Shown here: one piece after another, positions 20,262 to 30,021 of the stretch | Position numbering within the stretch: position 1 is the first letter of the stretch | Layout: each line of letters starts with the position of its first letter | Source: an uncultured Candidatus Saccharibacteria bacterium | GTDB taxonomy: Bacteria; Patescibacteriota; Minisyncoccia; Phycocordibacterales; DSPV01 | DNA length: 64,000 nt | Direction: 5' to 3' | Assembly (NCBI GenBank): GCA_964616075.1 | Contig: CAZTRA010000001.1 | Coordinates: 49,599 to 113,598, forward strand | Notes under the pieces: generated by a model | The model's database searches: none | What the model was told of the DNA's origin: nothing | The model's input: the letters and a program-made list of their open reading frames with translations, nothing else | Made by a program: the position numbers and the translations under genes

Positions 20262-20613
20262 GCACTAAAGAAAAACTTTTTGCAATAGAACTACGGACCA
20301 CAAAAGTTGGATCCATGGGCACAAAGCCACGAGCGACTATTTCTTTTTTGTTTACTTCCGTAAGTAATGCAAGATACTGAGCCTCTTCCTTTGCTGTGAT
20401 AGTGGTCAGCTCATGAATAGCGACTATTGCTGTTCGCCGCTCAGCAGCCGAGACAGTCGTACCAATCAAACATGTAACATACGCAATAGAAGCACACGCA
20501 ACAATACCACATAGTCCGTAGCCAATAGCACGCCTCACAGAACCAACTACATGTACCGCACTGACGGCAGCCTTCAAAAAATTTTGAGAAATGGTTGGTA
20601 ATAATACAGTCAT
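20248..20613 (-). CDS. FtsL-like small cell-division membrane protein
   Basis: single-TM ~120-aa protein between rsmH and ftsI. Confidence 0.4.
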   Translation of the reverse strand: MTVLLPTISQNFLKAAVSAVHVVGSVRRAIGYGLCGIVACASIAYVTCLIGTTVSAAERRTAIVAIHELTTITAKEEAQYLALLTEVNKKEIVARGFVPMDPTFVVRSSIAKSFSLVHVVK

Positions 20614-20617
20614 AAAA

Positions 20618-21544
20618 TTATATATGCAGTGTTATACGCTCTAATGCTCGTAATTTTGCGCTCCGACTTCGTGGATTATTCTTTATTTCTTCAAATGTTG
20701 CCGTTATTGGTTTCTTGGTAAGCGCAATTGCTTCCTTTGCTTTCACCCGTTCTTTGATAAAACGTTTTACAATACCGTCTTCCCCACTATGAAAAGAAAT
20801 AACCGCGAGACGGCCACCAGGACGAACCATGCCCCACAGACCAGAGAGTGCATCAGTGAGTGCACCATACTCATCATTGACGGCAATACGAAGCGCCTGA
20901 AATGTCCTTGTTGCAGGATGAATACGCCCACGTCGGTAGGATGCAGGAACACTTGTCTCAATAATAGAAACTAGTGTAGATGTTCGTTCAATACTCTGAT
21001 GAACACGAGCGGCAACAATTGCCGCAGCAATACGACGAGCATAGCGTTCTCCCCCATAACCAAATAACACATTTGCAATATCATCCTCGTCCCAATCATT
21101 CACAATCCGACGCGCAGTCAACGCATCTGGCACAGGAACATCTGAAAGTGTCATTAAAAGTGGTTCATCTCTGAGAAATGAAAACCCCCTACCGCTCGTC
21201 TCAAGCTGATCGGAACGCATACCAACATCGAGCAACACCTTATCAACATACGACACGCCAGCAGCTCTAAGTGCATCAGGTGCCATGCGCGCGTTCATGT
21301 GATAAAAACGGACATTCGCACACTGAGCAGCCGCAATTGTGTCCCGAGCGACATCAAGCGCCGCTTGATCAACATCAAAACAATGCATTTGTATGTCTCC
21401 TGAAACTGATGCCGCAATTGCAGAGGCGTGTCCTCCACTTCCTACCGTACCATCAACAAACACATCCCCTTTGTGTGGTGCCAGCACCTGAAGTGTCTCA
21501 GTAAGTAACACAGAAACATGTACAGAAGACGTGTTCATAGTCAT
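20618..21544 (-). CDS. rsmH: 16S rRNA (cytosine1402-N4)-methyltransferase RsmH (MraW)
   Basis: VFVDGTVGSGGHASAIA SAM-binding motif; position after mraZ. Confidence 0.9.
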   Translation of the reverse strand: MTMNTSSVHVSVLLTETLQVLAPHKGDVFVDGTVGSGGHASAIAASVSGDIQMHCFDVDQAALDVARDTIAAAQCANVRFYHMNARMAPDALRAAGVSYVDKVLLDVGMRSDQLETSGRGFSFLRDEPLLMTLSDVPVPDALTARRIVNDWDEDDIANVLFGYGGERYARRIAAAIVAARVHQSIERTSTLVSIIETSVPASYRRGRIHPATRTFQALRIAVNDEYGALTDALSGLWGMVRPGGRLAVISFHSGEDGIVKRFIKERVKAKEAIALTKKPITATFEEIKNNPRSRSAKLRALERITLHI

Positions 21545-21979
21545 CTAAATAAAACCAACATCACCAAGTTTTTGAGCGAGTGTATCGCCCTGCTGTTCAA
21601 TCCGTGTTTTATATGTTTGCCAACTTTGTTCATTCCAAATTTCCACACGTTCTTGTACCCCAACAAACACCGCGTTTGCGTCAATTTTTGCAAACGAACG
21701 AAGAAAATCTGGTATTAAAATTCGTCCCGCAGAATCTACCTCGAGCTCTGCCGCGCCACCAAAAATAAATCTTGAAAAACCTCGCGACTCAAGACTTCCC
21801 ATTGAAAGTTCAGACAGTTTCGTAGAAAGTCGCTCCCATGACTTGGCAGAATACAAAAACAGACACGCATCTAAACCGCGCGTCACCACAATTTTTTTTC
21901 CAATTTCATTGCGAAATTTTACCGGCAATGAAATCCTTTTTTTGTCATCAAATGAATGTATATATTCTCCAATAAGCAT
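21545..21979 (-). CDS. mraZ: transcriptional regulator MraZ (start taken at internal MLIGEY, preceded by RBS aggaag)
   Basis: MLIGEY...DKKRISLP and second repeat GRILIP are the duplicated MraZ motifs. Confidence 0.85.
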   Translation of the reverse strand: MLIGEYIHSFDDKKRISLPVKFRNEIGKKIVVTRGLDACLFLYSAKSWERLSTKLSELSMGSLESRGFSRFIFGGAAELEVDSAGRILIPDFLRSFAKIDANAVFVGVQERVEIWNEQSWQTYKTRIEQQGDTLAQKLGDVGFI

Positions 21980-22067
21980 AATAACAACTTCCTGTTGGCA
22001 TCCCGTTCCTTGCCGTCCGTTCAACGCAAAGAACAGGATGCACACACAGTAAAGAGCGGTGAATATT

Positions 22068-22093
22068 TACCACTATTTCCCACTCATTCCCAA
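22068..22093 (-). promoter_or_regulatory. putative MraZ operator: three TGGGA/TGGTA boxes at exact 10-bp spacing upstream of mraZ
   Basis: minus-strand TGGGAATGAG TGGGAAATAG TGGTAAAT. Confidence 0.45.
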
Positions 22094-22206
22094 TTTTATA
22101 ACACTTCATCCCACCACCCTACCCTGTTATCCCCAAAACATAGCCACAACACAAGTTAAAACCGCTCGCAACATTTATTATATGCAAGCGGTCTGTTCAC
22201 AAAAAA

Positions 22207-23670
22207 TTATATATGCTTCTTTAATCGTAGGAGCGGAAACAGCTGCGTTTCTCGAATTGGCTTATGTGCTAAAAAAGAAAACAATCGTTCTCCAAAACCG
22301 TACCCGCACGTCGGAGGCATACCGTACTCAAGCATTTCAACAAACTCATAATCAGGCATCATAGCTTCCTCATCCCCCGAGGCAAGTAACTGCTGCTGTA
22401 TCTCAAAACGCGCACGTTGATCAATCGGGTCATTGAGCTCAGAATATCCTCGCCCCATCTCACTACCCGCAATAATAGGCTGAAACATTTCTACAGTATG
22501 TGTCTTATCTTTCTGCGCTTTAGCAAGTGGTGCCACAAGTACTGGGTGACCAACTAGAAACGCTGGGCCTGAAATTTTTTTTCTACAATATTTCCACAAT
22601 GTATCAGTAAGGCGCTCTTTATTATCTCCTTCATACGTAACTCCTAAACGATCTAGTGTTTTCTTCATATCTTCAACTGAATCGTGTATCACATCAATCC
22701 CTGTCATAGTTTTAATTTCGGACAAGTAATCAATTTCTTTCCATTCAGCCCCAAGATCAAACATATGGCCATGAACCTCAAACTGAGTCGTCCCGAAGAC
22801 TTCTCGTGCAATTGTTTGATACAAATCTTTTACAAGATTCATGCCAGCACGAAAATCAGTATACGCTGCATAAAACTCTACATTCGTAAACTCCTGAAGA
22901 TGCTCGGGACTTGTCCCTTCGTTACGAAACACACGCCCAATCTCAAACGTCTTTTCAAAACCCGCCGCCATCAAGCGCTTCTGCCACAACTCTCCCACAG
23001 AAATACGGAGAAATACATCCATATCGAAATCATTATGGTGGGTTTTAAATGGTCGAGCTTCAGCACCACCAGTCGTCGTCTCAAGGTACGGAGTTTCAAC
23101 TTCAAGAAAACCTCTCTTGTTGAAATACTCCCGTATAACTTGCCAAAACTTTGCTTTTTTCTTAAATAATTCGCGTTCCTCAGGTCGTGTTAATAGATCA
23201 AGATATCGTAAACGTAATCGCTCATCGGCATCTTGAAGACCATGCCACTTTTCAGGAAGTGGAAGCAGTGACTTTGTTGCCATACACCAAGTAGACACTT
23301 GTATTGTCTTCTCTCCTCGCTTAGTGGTAAACAATATTCCCGTAAAAGAAATAAAATCACCAATATCAACAGCTTGTGTAAACAAATCAAACAATTGTCC
23401 CGTCATATCATCCTTCTTCAAAAACGCCTGAAATGATGCTGTCCCATCAGTAAACGTCACAAACGTAAGCACTCCTTGAGCGCGTATAGCCATAATACGC
23501 CCTGTCAGAGAAATAACAGTCTTTTCTGTGACAAAAGTATCAAAACGATCAACGACATCTCTTACAGACATGGTACGCGGCACAAAAGAAGGGTATGGTT
23601 CCATACCCGCATCTTTGAGTATGCGTACTTTTTGAAGACGCCCTGTCCTAATTTCTTCTTGAGATGCCAT
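22207..23670 (-). CDS. lysS: lysyl-tRNA synthetase, class II (start taken at MASQEE)
   Basis: OB-fold anticodon-binding N-domain; class II motifs (FRNEG, GGAEARPF). Confidence 0.9.
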   Translation of the reverse strand: MASQEEIRTGRLQKVRILKDAGMEPYPSFVPRTMSVRDVVDRFDTFVTEKTVISLTGRIMAIRAQGVLTFVTFTDGTASFQAFLKKDDMTGQLFDLFTQAVDIGDFISFTGILFTTKRGEKTIQVSTWCMATKSLLPLPEKWHGLQDADERLRLRYLDLLTRPEERELFKKKAKFWQVIREYFNKRGFLEVETPYLETTTGGAEARPFKTHHNDFDMDVFLRISVGELWQKRLMAAGFEKTFEIGRVFRNEGTSPEHLQEFTNVEFYAAYTDFRAGMNLVKDLYQTIAREVFGTTQFEVHGHMFDLGAEWKEIDYLSEIKTMTGIDVIHDSVEDMKKTLDRLGVTYEGDNKERLTDTLWKYCRKKISGPAFLVGHPVLVAPLAKAQKDKTHTVEMFQPIIAGSEMGRGYSELNDPIDQRARFEIQQQLLASGDEEAMMPDYEFVEMLEYGMPPTCGYGFGERLFSFLAHKPIRETQLFPLLRLKKHI

Positions 23671-23687
23671 ACACGAGAGTCGAACAA

Positions 23688-24149
23688 CTATCCAATTGAG
23701 ACAATTTTCGCAGTCATCATCCCAGCGGGAGTTCGCCACTCTATGGTATCACCTTTTTTCTTTCCGACGAGTGCTTCACCAATTGGTGAATTCGCAGAAA
23801 TTTTTCCTTTTGCTACGTCAACTTCTTCGCTACCAACAATATGGTATACACGTTTTACACCATTTTGAGTGACTGTAACCTGTGAACCAATACCGACGGC
23901 AGACGTATCGTGCCCATTGATAATTGATGCCGCCTTGAGTAATTCTTCGAGTTTTGAAATCCGATCCTCAGTACTTGCTTGCAACTCTCGAGCCTCGTGA
24001 TACTCAGCATTTTCAGACAAATCACCAAGCGATTTAGCATACTCCAAATTTTCAGCGACCTCTTTACGCTTAATGGTCTTTAATTCTTCGAGTTCTTTTT
24101 GCAACTCTTGATACTTTTCTTTGGTGAGATATTCAGTATTTTGTGTCAT
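23688..24149 (-). CDS. greA: transcription elongation factor GreA
   Basis: coiled-coil N-domain and C-terminal FKBP-like domain typical of GreA/B. Confidence 0.85.
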   Translation of the reverse strand: MTQNTEYLTKEKYQELQKELEELKTIKRKEVAENLEYAKSLGDLSENAEYHEARELQASTEDRISKLEELLKAASIINGHDTSAVGIGSQVTVTQNGVKRVYHIVGSEEVDVAKGKISANSPIGEALVGKKKGDTIEWRTPAGMMTAKIVSIG

Positions 24150-24269
24150 AAATGTGACCGCCACGGATAATAGCCTTTCGTTGCAAGCAATTGTAGCACG
24201 AAAGTACACATCGTCAACAACACACTACCGTAGTAAATACCATACACACAAAATTTCCTACATACCACC

Positions 24270-25970
24270 CTACTGAGAAACAGAGAGATACGCGGGAGTA
24301 TGCTCTTTCATCCATTCAACAACCTCTCGCATAGCCACCACCGCACCATAAAGATTTGCTCGGGGACCGCGCTCCATGAGTAACACAAACGCGTAACGAG
24401 GTTTTTCATAAGGGAAATAACCCATAACCCATGAATTAACTTCCTCTTTTTTTGCACCCAACTCAGCAGTTCCCGTCTTTGCCGCAATCATCGTACCAGA
24501 TATATTCAACGCAGCTGCGGTACCATGAAGAACACCCTGACGCATTCCCTCCCTTACTATCCGTAAATCACCCGATGGAATAGTAATCAAGGTTGAACTA
24601 CCAACCCGAAAATCATTCCCATGAAGCACAATGGTTGGCGAGAGCAATGTACCGCTATTAGCCAAGGCTGCAACCGCACGCACTGCTTGTACAGGAGTCA
24701 CTTGAAAATCAAATTGACCGATGGCTGTATTATATGTATCACCAAGGCGCCACGGCTCATCAGGAAACGCGGTCGCTTTCCATGTCGGATCAGGTACCAC
24801 ACCCTCTTCTCCTGCAAAGAAATCGCCCGGAACTTCAAAACCAAAACCAAAACGTTTCAGATAATATGCAATCTTCTCGATACCAAGTCCCTTTTGATCT
24901 TCAAAGCCTCCACCTATAGTAAAAAAATATACGTTACTCGATACAGCGATTGCATCACGCATAGCAACATACCCGTGTGCTTTCCAATCACGAAATACAG
25001 TCGGCAAATCAGGATTGTACGGGTTAGGGATGGTCAATGCCCCCGTTGAAAGAATCTCTTTTTCTGGGGAAATAATTTTTTCTGCAAGTGCCCCGAGTGC
25101 CAAAAAAGGTTTCACAATAGACCCCGGTGTGTACAACCCTTTCACCGCTCGGTTTAAAAAAGGAGAACGTTTATCATTCTGATACTGCATAATACGTGCC
25201 GTATTAGTTGCCCCAGATAAAATTGATTGATCAAATTCAGGGTAATTAGTCAGTGCGATAATCTCTCCGTTTGTAACATCCATCATAACTCCCGCCCCGC
25301 CACGAAACCCGACTCGTTCCGCAAGATCATGAATAGCTTGATGCATCTTATGTGTAAGTTCAGCATCAATAGAGAGCATAATAGACCTCCCCTCAACAGG
25401 TTCTTTAGATACCCCTTCTGAGACAAGATTTCCATGCACGTCTGTCTCGACCATCTTATTTCCATTCTTTCCTGTTAAAAGAGAGTCAAAAAATTGTTCA
25501 GCCCCAGCCGCACCACTATACGTAGCACTATAATATTGCCCAGAAGTATCACGCTGAGGTAACTTTGCATACCCTACAATATGAGCTAACCCAGACACAT
25601 CGCTATATAAACGAGGCGGAACAGGATTAAACGCAGAAGGAAGACCATTCCATGCGAGCGGTACACCATGCCTATCGAACAATGTGCCACGATTTGCAAA
25701 CACAATGTACTCTTTGAAACGATTATTATCACTCAACGTCGCAAAGGCTTCACCTTTATAAACCTGTAAGTAAAACAAACGTGCCGTACACACGACAATC
25801 ACCAAAAAAATAAAAATACCACACCCAAGAATGGCTTGTTTTGAAATAGGTTTTTCTAAACGTCCCTCAAATCGCTCGGTCTCAAATTCAGGCAAATTAC
25901 GAGCATCAATCAACACTTCGTCTGGATCAATTTCACCACTTATTCTCCGCTTTTTATAATAAGAAAACAT
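24270..25970 (-). CDS. mrdA: penicillin-binding protein 2 (elongasome transpeptidase)
   Basis: SxxK GSIVKP; KTGTAEL; located after mreBCD. Confidence 0.8.
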   Translation of the reverse strand: MFSYYKKRRISGEIDPDEVLIDARNLPEFETERFEGRLEKPISKQAILGCGIFIFLVIVVCTARLFYLQVYKGEAFATLSDNNRFKEYIVFANRGTLFDRHGVPLAWNGLPSAFNPVPPRLYSDVSGLAHIVGYAKLPQRDTSGQYYSATYSGAAGAEQFFDSLLTGKNGNKMVETDVHGNLVSEGVSKEPVEGRSIMLSIDAELTHKMHQAIHDLAERVGFRGGAGVMMDVTNGEIIALTNYPEFDQSILSGATNTARIMQYQNDKRSPFLNRAVKGLYTPGSIVKPFLALGALAEKIISPEKEILSTGALTIPNPYNPDLPTVFRDWKAHGYVAMRDAIAVSSNVYFFTIGGGFEDQKGLGIEKIAYYLKRFGFGFEVPGDFFAGEEGVVPDPTWKATAFPDEPWRLGDTYNTAIGQFDFQVTPVQAVRAVAALANSGTLLSPTIVLHGNDFRVGSSTLITIPSGDLRIVREGMRQGVLHGTAAALNISGTMIAAKTGTAELGAKKEEVNSWVMGYFPYEKPRYAFVLLMERGPRANLYGAVVAMREVVEWMKEHTPAYLSVSQ

Positions 25971-25976
25971 ATTACT

Positions 25977-26264
25977 TTAACGGGCATAATGACGAATATA
26001 TAACCCCACCGTAACCACAACCAATACAAGCAATGTTTCGACAAATACGTACCCAAAAAATCGATCTTCAGGTATAGCAAAAACAATGTCATGCAATAAC
26101 CCCCCAATCAGTGGTTCAGTAACCCACCCACGCCACAAAACCCAAACAAAACCAAAAAAAATGAGCATCCACCATGGTAATAGTAACGAAACAGCACAAA
26201 AAAATAATATACCTGCAATTCGGTACACGAATACTTCTTGTAAAGTAGTTATAGTACCACTCAT
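25977..26264 (-). CDS. mreD: putative rod shape-determining protein MreD (short)
   Basis: small polytopic membrane protein between mreC and mrdA. Confidence 0.4.
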   Translation of the reverse strand: MSGTITTLQEVFVYRIAGILFFCAVSLLLPWWMLIFFGFVWVLWRGWVTEPLIGGLLHDIVFAIPEDRFFGYVFVETLLVLVVVTVGLYIRHYAR

Positions 26265-27088
26265 AGCGAGGACGAGGTTGTTGCCACTAATTTCTTAAAA
26301 GGCATAATCGCCACAAAACCAATTTCTTGCATATTCACCATGGGCGCAATACCGAGCACTTTAAGCGAACCTGCGGAAGCAACACCAAGCGCCGCAATCG
26401 TACCTACGGGAGTTGCACGATTTTCTGACAAAACAACAACGTCCCCAACATCCACATCCATACCTCTGGGTACCACGGCCTGCATCATACCCCCACCAAC
26501 ACCAGACACCACAATCGGTACATTTTTCTTATGCAATACAAACGTATGTGATTCACCGGAACTTGAAAAGAAACGAATACGCGCTGTTTTTCCAAATACG
26601 GCATCAACAAAACCAATCACCGCACCCCCCGCTACCGCAACATAATCACCCACTTCTACAAACGAAGATTCTTTAATCGCAACAAACGCGGTGTCATACA
26701 GCGACACCGGTGGTCGAGAAATAATTGGAGCAACAATCTTTGCATCAACATCTGTAAAGCCAAAGGCAAGATCCTCCAAATCACTACGCAGGATATCAAT
26801 CAATACGTCTTTTCCTCCTTCCTCAGCTAATTGACGCTTTAATTCACGATTCTCAATGATAAGTGATGATTTTGTTTTAATAAGTGCCAATAGACCAAAA
26901 AAAGATTCTTTCACAACCCCTTGCTCCTTTAAAATAGGCTTGGTGACAGTAAGCATCACAGGAGTCGCAAGGTACTGCACGTGTACATATGAAAGTATGG
27001 ATAACACAGAGATAATAACGACCCCTTTGAAAAGAATCGTTGGTTTTGACACACCACCACCATAACTAAAACGATTGTTCTTCGTCAT
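26261..27088 (-). CDS. mreC: rod shape-determining protein MreC
   Basis: N-terminal TM, coiled-coil and beta-rich C-domain; mreB-adjacent. Confidence 0.7.
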   Translation of the reverse strand: MTKNNRFSYGGGVSKPTILFKGVVIISVLSILSYVHVQYLATPVMLTVTKPILKEQGVVKESFFGLLALIKTKSSLIIENRELKRQLAEEGGKDVLIDILRSDLEDLAFGFTDVDAKIVAPIISRPPVSLYDTAFVAIKESSFVEVGDYVAVAGGAVIGFVDAVFGKTARIRFFSSSGESHTFVLHKKNVPIVVSGVGGGMMQAVVPRGMDVDVGDVVVLSENRATPVGTIAALGVASAGSLKVLGIAPMVNMQEIGFVAIMPFKKLVATTSSSL

Positions 27089-28124
27089 TCAAAATCAATA
27101 TATCTTTATATCGAGTCAAATCTTCAAGAATAACGCCTGTCCCGCGCGCCACAGCCGTCAAAGGCTCTTCAGTGATATGTACCGGAATATGCGTATATTC
27201 TTGAATCGCCCGATCAATACCTCGCAAAAGCGCACCGCCACCAGTCAAATGCATACCGCGCTGCATCACATCGGCAACAACCTCAGGAGGAGCAGTCTCC
27301 ACCACCTCTTTTACCGATTCAAGAAACACTTCAATTGAAGGACCAATTGCTTCACGAATATCCGAATCAGTAATAACAACCTCACGAGGCAGCCCCGTGA
27401 CCAAATCCCGGCCTTTCATTGTCGCCTCAATAGGATCATCTCCCGGTAGCACAGATCCAAGTGCAAGTTTCATATCTTCTGCTGTTTTTTCTCCAACTAA
27501 AATTTTAAACTCGCTACGGATATATGACATGATATCTGCATTCAAACGATCCCCGGCAATTTTTAAATTTTTTGAACGCACGATACCCCCCAACGAAATA
27601 ATAGCAATATCTGTCGTGCCCCCACCAATATCAATAATCATGCTACCAACCGGTTCGTGTACCGGCAATCGGATACCAATTGCAGCTGCCATTGGCTCCT
27701 CAACAATGTGCACCTCTCGAGCACCAGTGTTCCTTGTCGCATCACAAACTGCACGAACCTCGACATTTGTCACCCCACACGGCACACCAACCACCACACG
27801 TGGACCAAACATGCGCTTATTCTTCTCTTGAGCACGTCGCATCAAATAGGCAATCATTTCTTCCGTAACTTCAAAATCAGAAATAACCCCATCGACCACC
27901 GGTCGCACAGCACGAATGTGTCCCGGAGTCCGACCGAGCATATCTTTTGCTTGTTTACCAACCGCTACCACCTGGCCCGTCTTATCATTCACGGCAACAA
28001 CCGATGGTTCATTCACCACAATACCTTGCCCTTTTACATAGACGAGTGTATTGGCCGTACCAAGATCGATACCAATATCACTAGACCATAATTCATTTAT
28101 TTTTTTCTTTAAACGATTGATCAT
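27066..28124 (-). CDS. mreB: rod shape-determining protein MreB
   Basis: IGIDLGTANTLVYVKGQGIVVNEPSVVAV actin-fold phosphate-1 motif; DIGGGTTD. Confidence 0.9.
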   Translation of the reverse strand: MINRLKKKINELWSSDIGIDLGTANTLVYVKGQGIVVNEPSVVAVNDKTGQVVAVGKQAKDMLGRTPGHIRAVRPVVDGVISDFEVTEEMIAYLMRRAQEKNKRMFGPRVVVGVPCGVTNVEVRAVCDATRNTGAREVHIVEEPMAAAIGIRLPVHEPVGSMIIDIGGGTTDIAIISLGGIVRSKNLKIAGDRLNADIMSYIRSEFKILVGEKTAEDMKLALGSVLPGDDPIEATMKGRDLVTGLPREVVITDSDIREAIGPSIEVFLESVKEVVETAPPEVVADVMQRGMHLTGGGALLRGIDRAIQEYTHIPVHITEEPLTAVARGTGVILEDLTRYKDILILNDEEQSF

Positions 28125-28133
28125 GGGAAATGA

Positions 28134-29405
28134 TTACCACAAAGTAGCATACTGTTGGCTCACAAACGCGGACACCTGCTCAATTGATACAAGAAATACT
28201 TCATTATTCTTCCTTACACGTATCTCCGCTTGACGATCTTTGAGTGTCTTTTGACTCACAACAACCTGAAGCGGCATACCAAGTAAATCAGCATCGGCAA
28301 ATTTTTCTCCTGGTCGACTAAATCGATCATCCAGTAGTACCGAAATTCCCTTCTGTGATAACAATGTATACAAAAACTCCGCCTCTCGCATCACCCCCTG
28401 ATCATCAGCTTGAAGCGCTAAAAGATGCACCGTAAACGGCGCGATCGCCTTAGGCCACACTAACCCCTTTGAATCACCAAATGTCTCAACAATCGTGCCC
28501 ATGATACGTCCTGGCCCAATACCGTAACTTCCCATAATCACCGCGTGTTCCTTGCCAAATTCGTCTTTATACTTCAAATCCAATGCCTTAGAAAAGCGTA
28601 CGCCGAGTGAGAAAATATTTCCTACTTCAACCGCCTTCTTCTCAACAAGCTCACCTCGCGCTACACCAATATCGGAAAGCACTTCGTCAATCAATACCTC
28701 TTTATTGACCGCAAGCTTTTTAGCCTCATGCACATAAATCACATCCTCACCTGCAGTAGACACCGTTTGAAACTCGTGACTATACTTACTGAAAGATCCG
28801 CCAGACGCAAAAGTAATATACGTGGTGTCACCCAACCCTACACGTGAAAAAATACGCGCATACGCCTGTTTTGCTTTCTCGTAAAAGACAGCATGTTCTT
28901 CTTCTGTTTTCGAGAACGAATACAAATCCTTCATAAGAAATTCGCGTCCACGCATGACACCGCTCTTGGCTCGTTCTTCGTTACGAAACTTCGTCTGAAA
29001 CTGATAGACATAGCGTGGCAGATCACGGTAGCTACTGATATGATCACGCATCATATTCGTGATCGGCTCTTCGTGCGTAAAGCTAAGTCCGATATCTCCC
29101 CCAACTTTAAGTTTTGTTTTAAACCAAATATCAACCGCTTTATCATCCCAGCGATTGCTTGCTCTCCATACATCAGGGTTCTGCAACGCGGTCATTACAA
29201 GCTCACTACCTCCAATAGCATTCATTTCTTCACGAATAATAGACACGATCGCATTGAGTACACTAATTCCGAGTGGTAAATATGCGTACACTCCCGCCAT
29301 TTCCTTGTGCACATAACCAGCACGAATCAACAACTGTGCATTTTTCGCGACTTCATCAGACGGTGCTTCTCTTCGTGTTTTGGTGAAAAGTTGTGATTGT
29401 CTCAT
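28134..29405 (-). CDS. proS: prolyl-tRNA synthetase, short bacterial-type lacking the INS editing insertion
   Basis: N-terminus MRQSQLFTKTRREAPSDEVAKNAQLLIRAGYV; class II motifs; 423-aa length implies no INS domain. Confidence 0.8.
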   Translation of the reverse strand: MRQSQLFTKTRREAPSDEVAKNAQLLIRAGYVHKEMAGVYAYLPLGISVLNAIVSIIREEMNAIGGSELVMTALQNPDVWRASNRWDDKAVDIWFKTKLKVGGDIGLSFTHEEPITNMMRDHISSYRDLPRYVYQFQTKFRNEERAKSGVMRGREFLMKDLYSFSKTEEEHAVFYEKAKQAYARIFSRVGLGDTTYITFASGGSFSKYSHEFQTVSTAGEDVIYVHEAKKLAVNKEVLIDEVLSDIGVARGELVEKKAVEVGNIFSLGVRFSKALDLKYKDEFGKEHAVIMGSYGIGPGRIMGTIVETFGDSKGLVWPKAIAPFTVHLLALQADDQGVMREAEFLYTLLSQKGISVLLDDRFSRPGEKFADADLLGMPLQVVVSQKTLKDRQAEIRVRKNNEVFLVSIEQVSAFVSQQYATLW

Positions 29406-29539
29406 AAAAATATATAAAAATGACGGTCATGTACACCAATAACGGCTTAATATTACAGTAAAAAAGAAGTCAATGATATGTATTGACATACATCATTAAA
29501 TAGTGATATTATAAATTTAGATACGTCAATATTAAAGTT

Positions 29540-29698
29540 ATGAAAAAAGACTCTTGTATTGGGGACATTGTAGGTGCGCTTTTATTCATGTTCGCGGTCA
29601 TATCACTGCCCCTAATACGGGGATATCAGTATGCACGTTCTTCTTCGACCACTAATGCAAATCAAGTAACCAACAACATCCCGATCGTGCCGAAATAA
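29540..29698 (+). CDS. candidate small (52 aa) hydrophobic peptide ORF followed by a terminator
   Basis: ATG after aaagtt; hydrophobic helix GDIVGALLFMFAVISLPLI; terminator at 29704-29741. Confidence 0.2.
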   Translation: MKKDSCIGDIVGALLFMFAVISLPLIRGYQYARSSSTTNANQVTNNIPIVPK

Positions 29699-29703
29699 TA
29701 GAA

Positions 29704-29741
29704 CCGCCAAACATCATGCTATGATCTTTGGCGGTTTTTTA
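29704..29741 (+). terminator. rho-independent terminator
   Basis: ccgccaaa ... tttggcgg followed by TTTTTT. Confidence 0.6.
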
Positions 29742-29744
29742 TAT

Positions 29745-30017
29745 CTACACTTTATAGATAGCTACTTCTATCGTATCGAGCGTTCCATCTGGATCACGTT
29801 CATATTGCCTAAATGTCTCAGGGTGCTTACGTACATATTCATCAAATACAACACCAAACTGATCAATCCATGAAGTCATTTTCACACTATCTGGATCAAA
29901 ACCAGATTGTCGGGCACATAATTTCAATGCCATTTGATTACGTAATACACCACACTCCTCGATAGATACTTCGTGCTCAAGTGTAGTATCTACATATGTA
30001 AACCGTTCAGAATGCAT
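29745..30017 (-). CDS. hypothetical small acidic protein (start taken at MHSERF to avoid overlap with rseP)
   Basis: ORF only. Confidence 0.4.
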   Translation of the reverse strand: MHSERFTYVDTTLEHEVSIEECGVLRNQMALKLCARQSGFDPDSVKMTSWIDQFGVVFDEYVRKHPETFRQYERDPDGTLDTIEVAIYKV

Positions 30018-30021
30018 ATAC

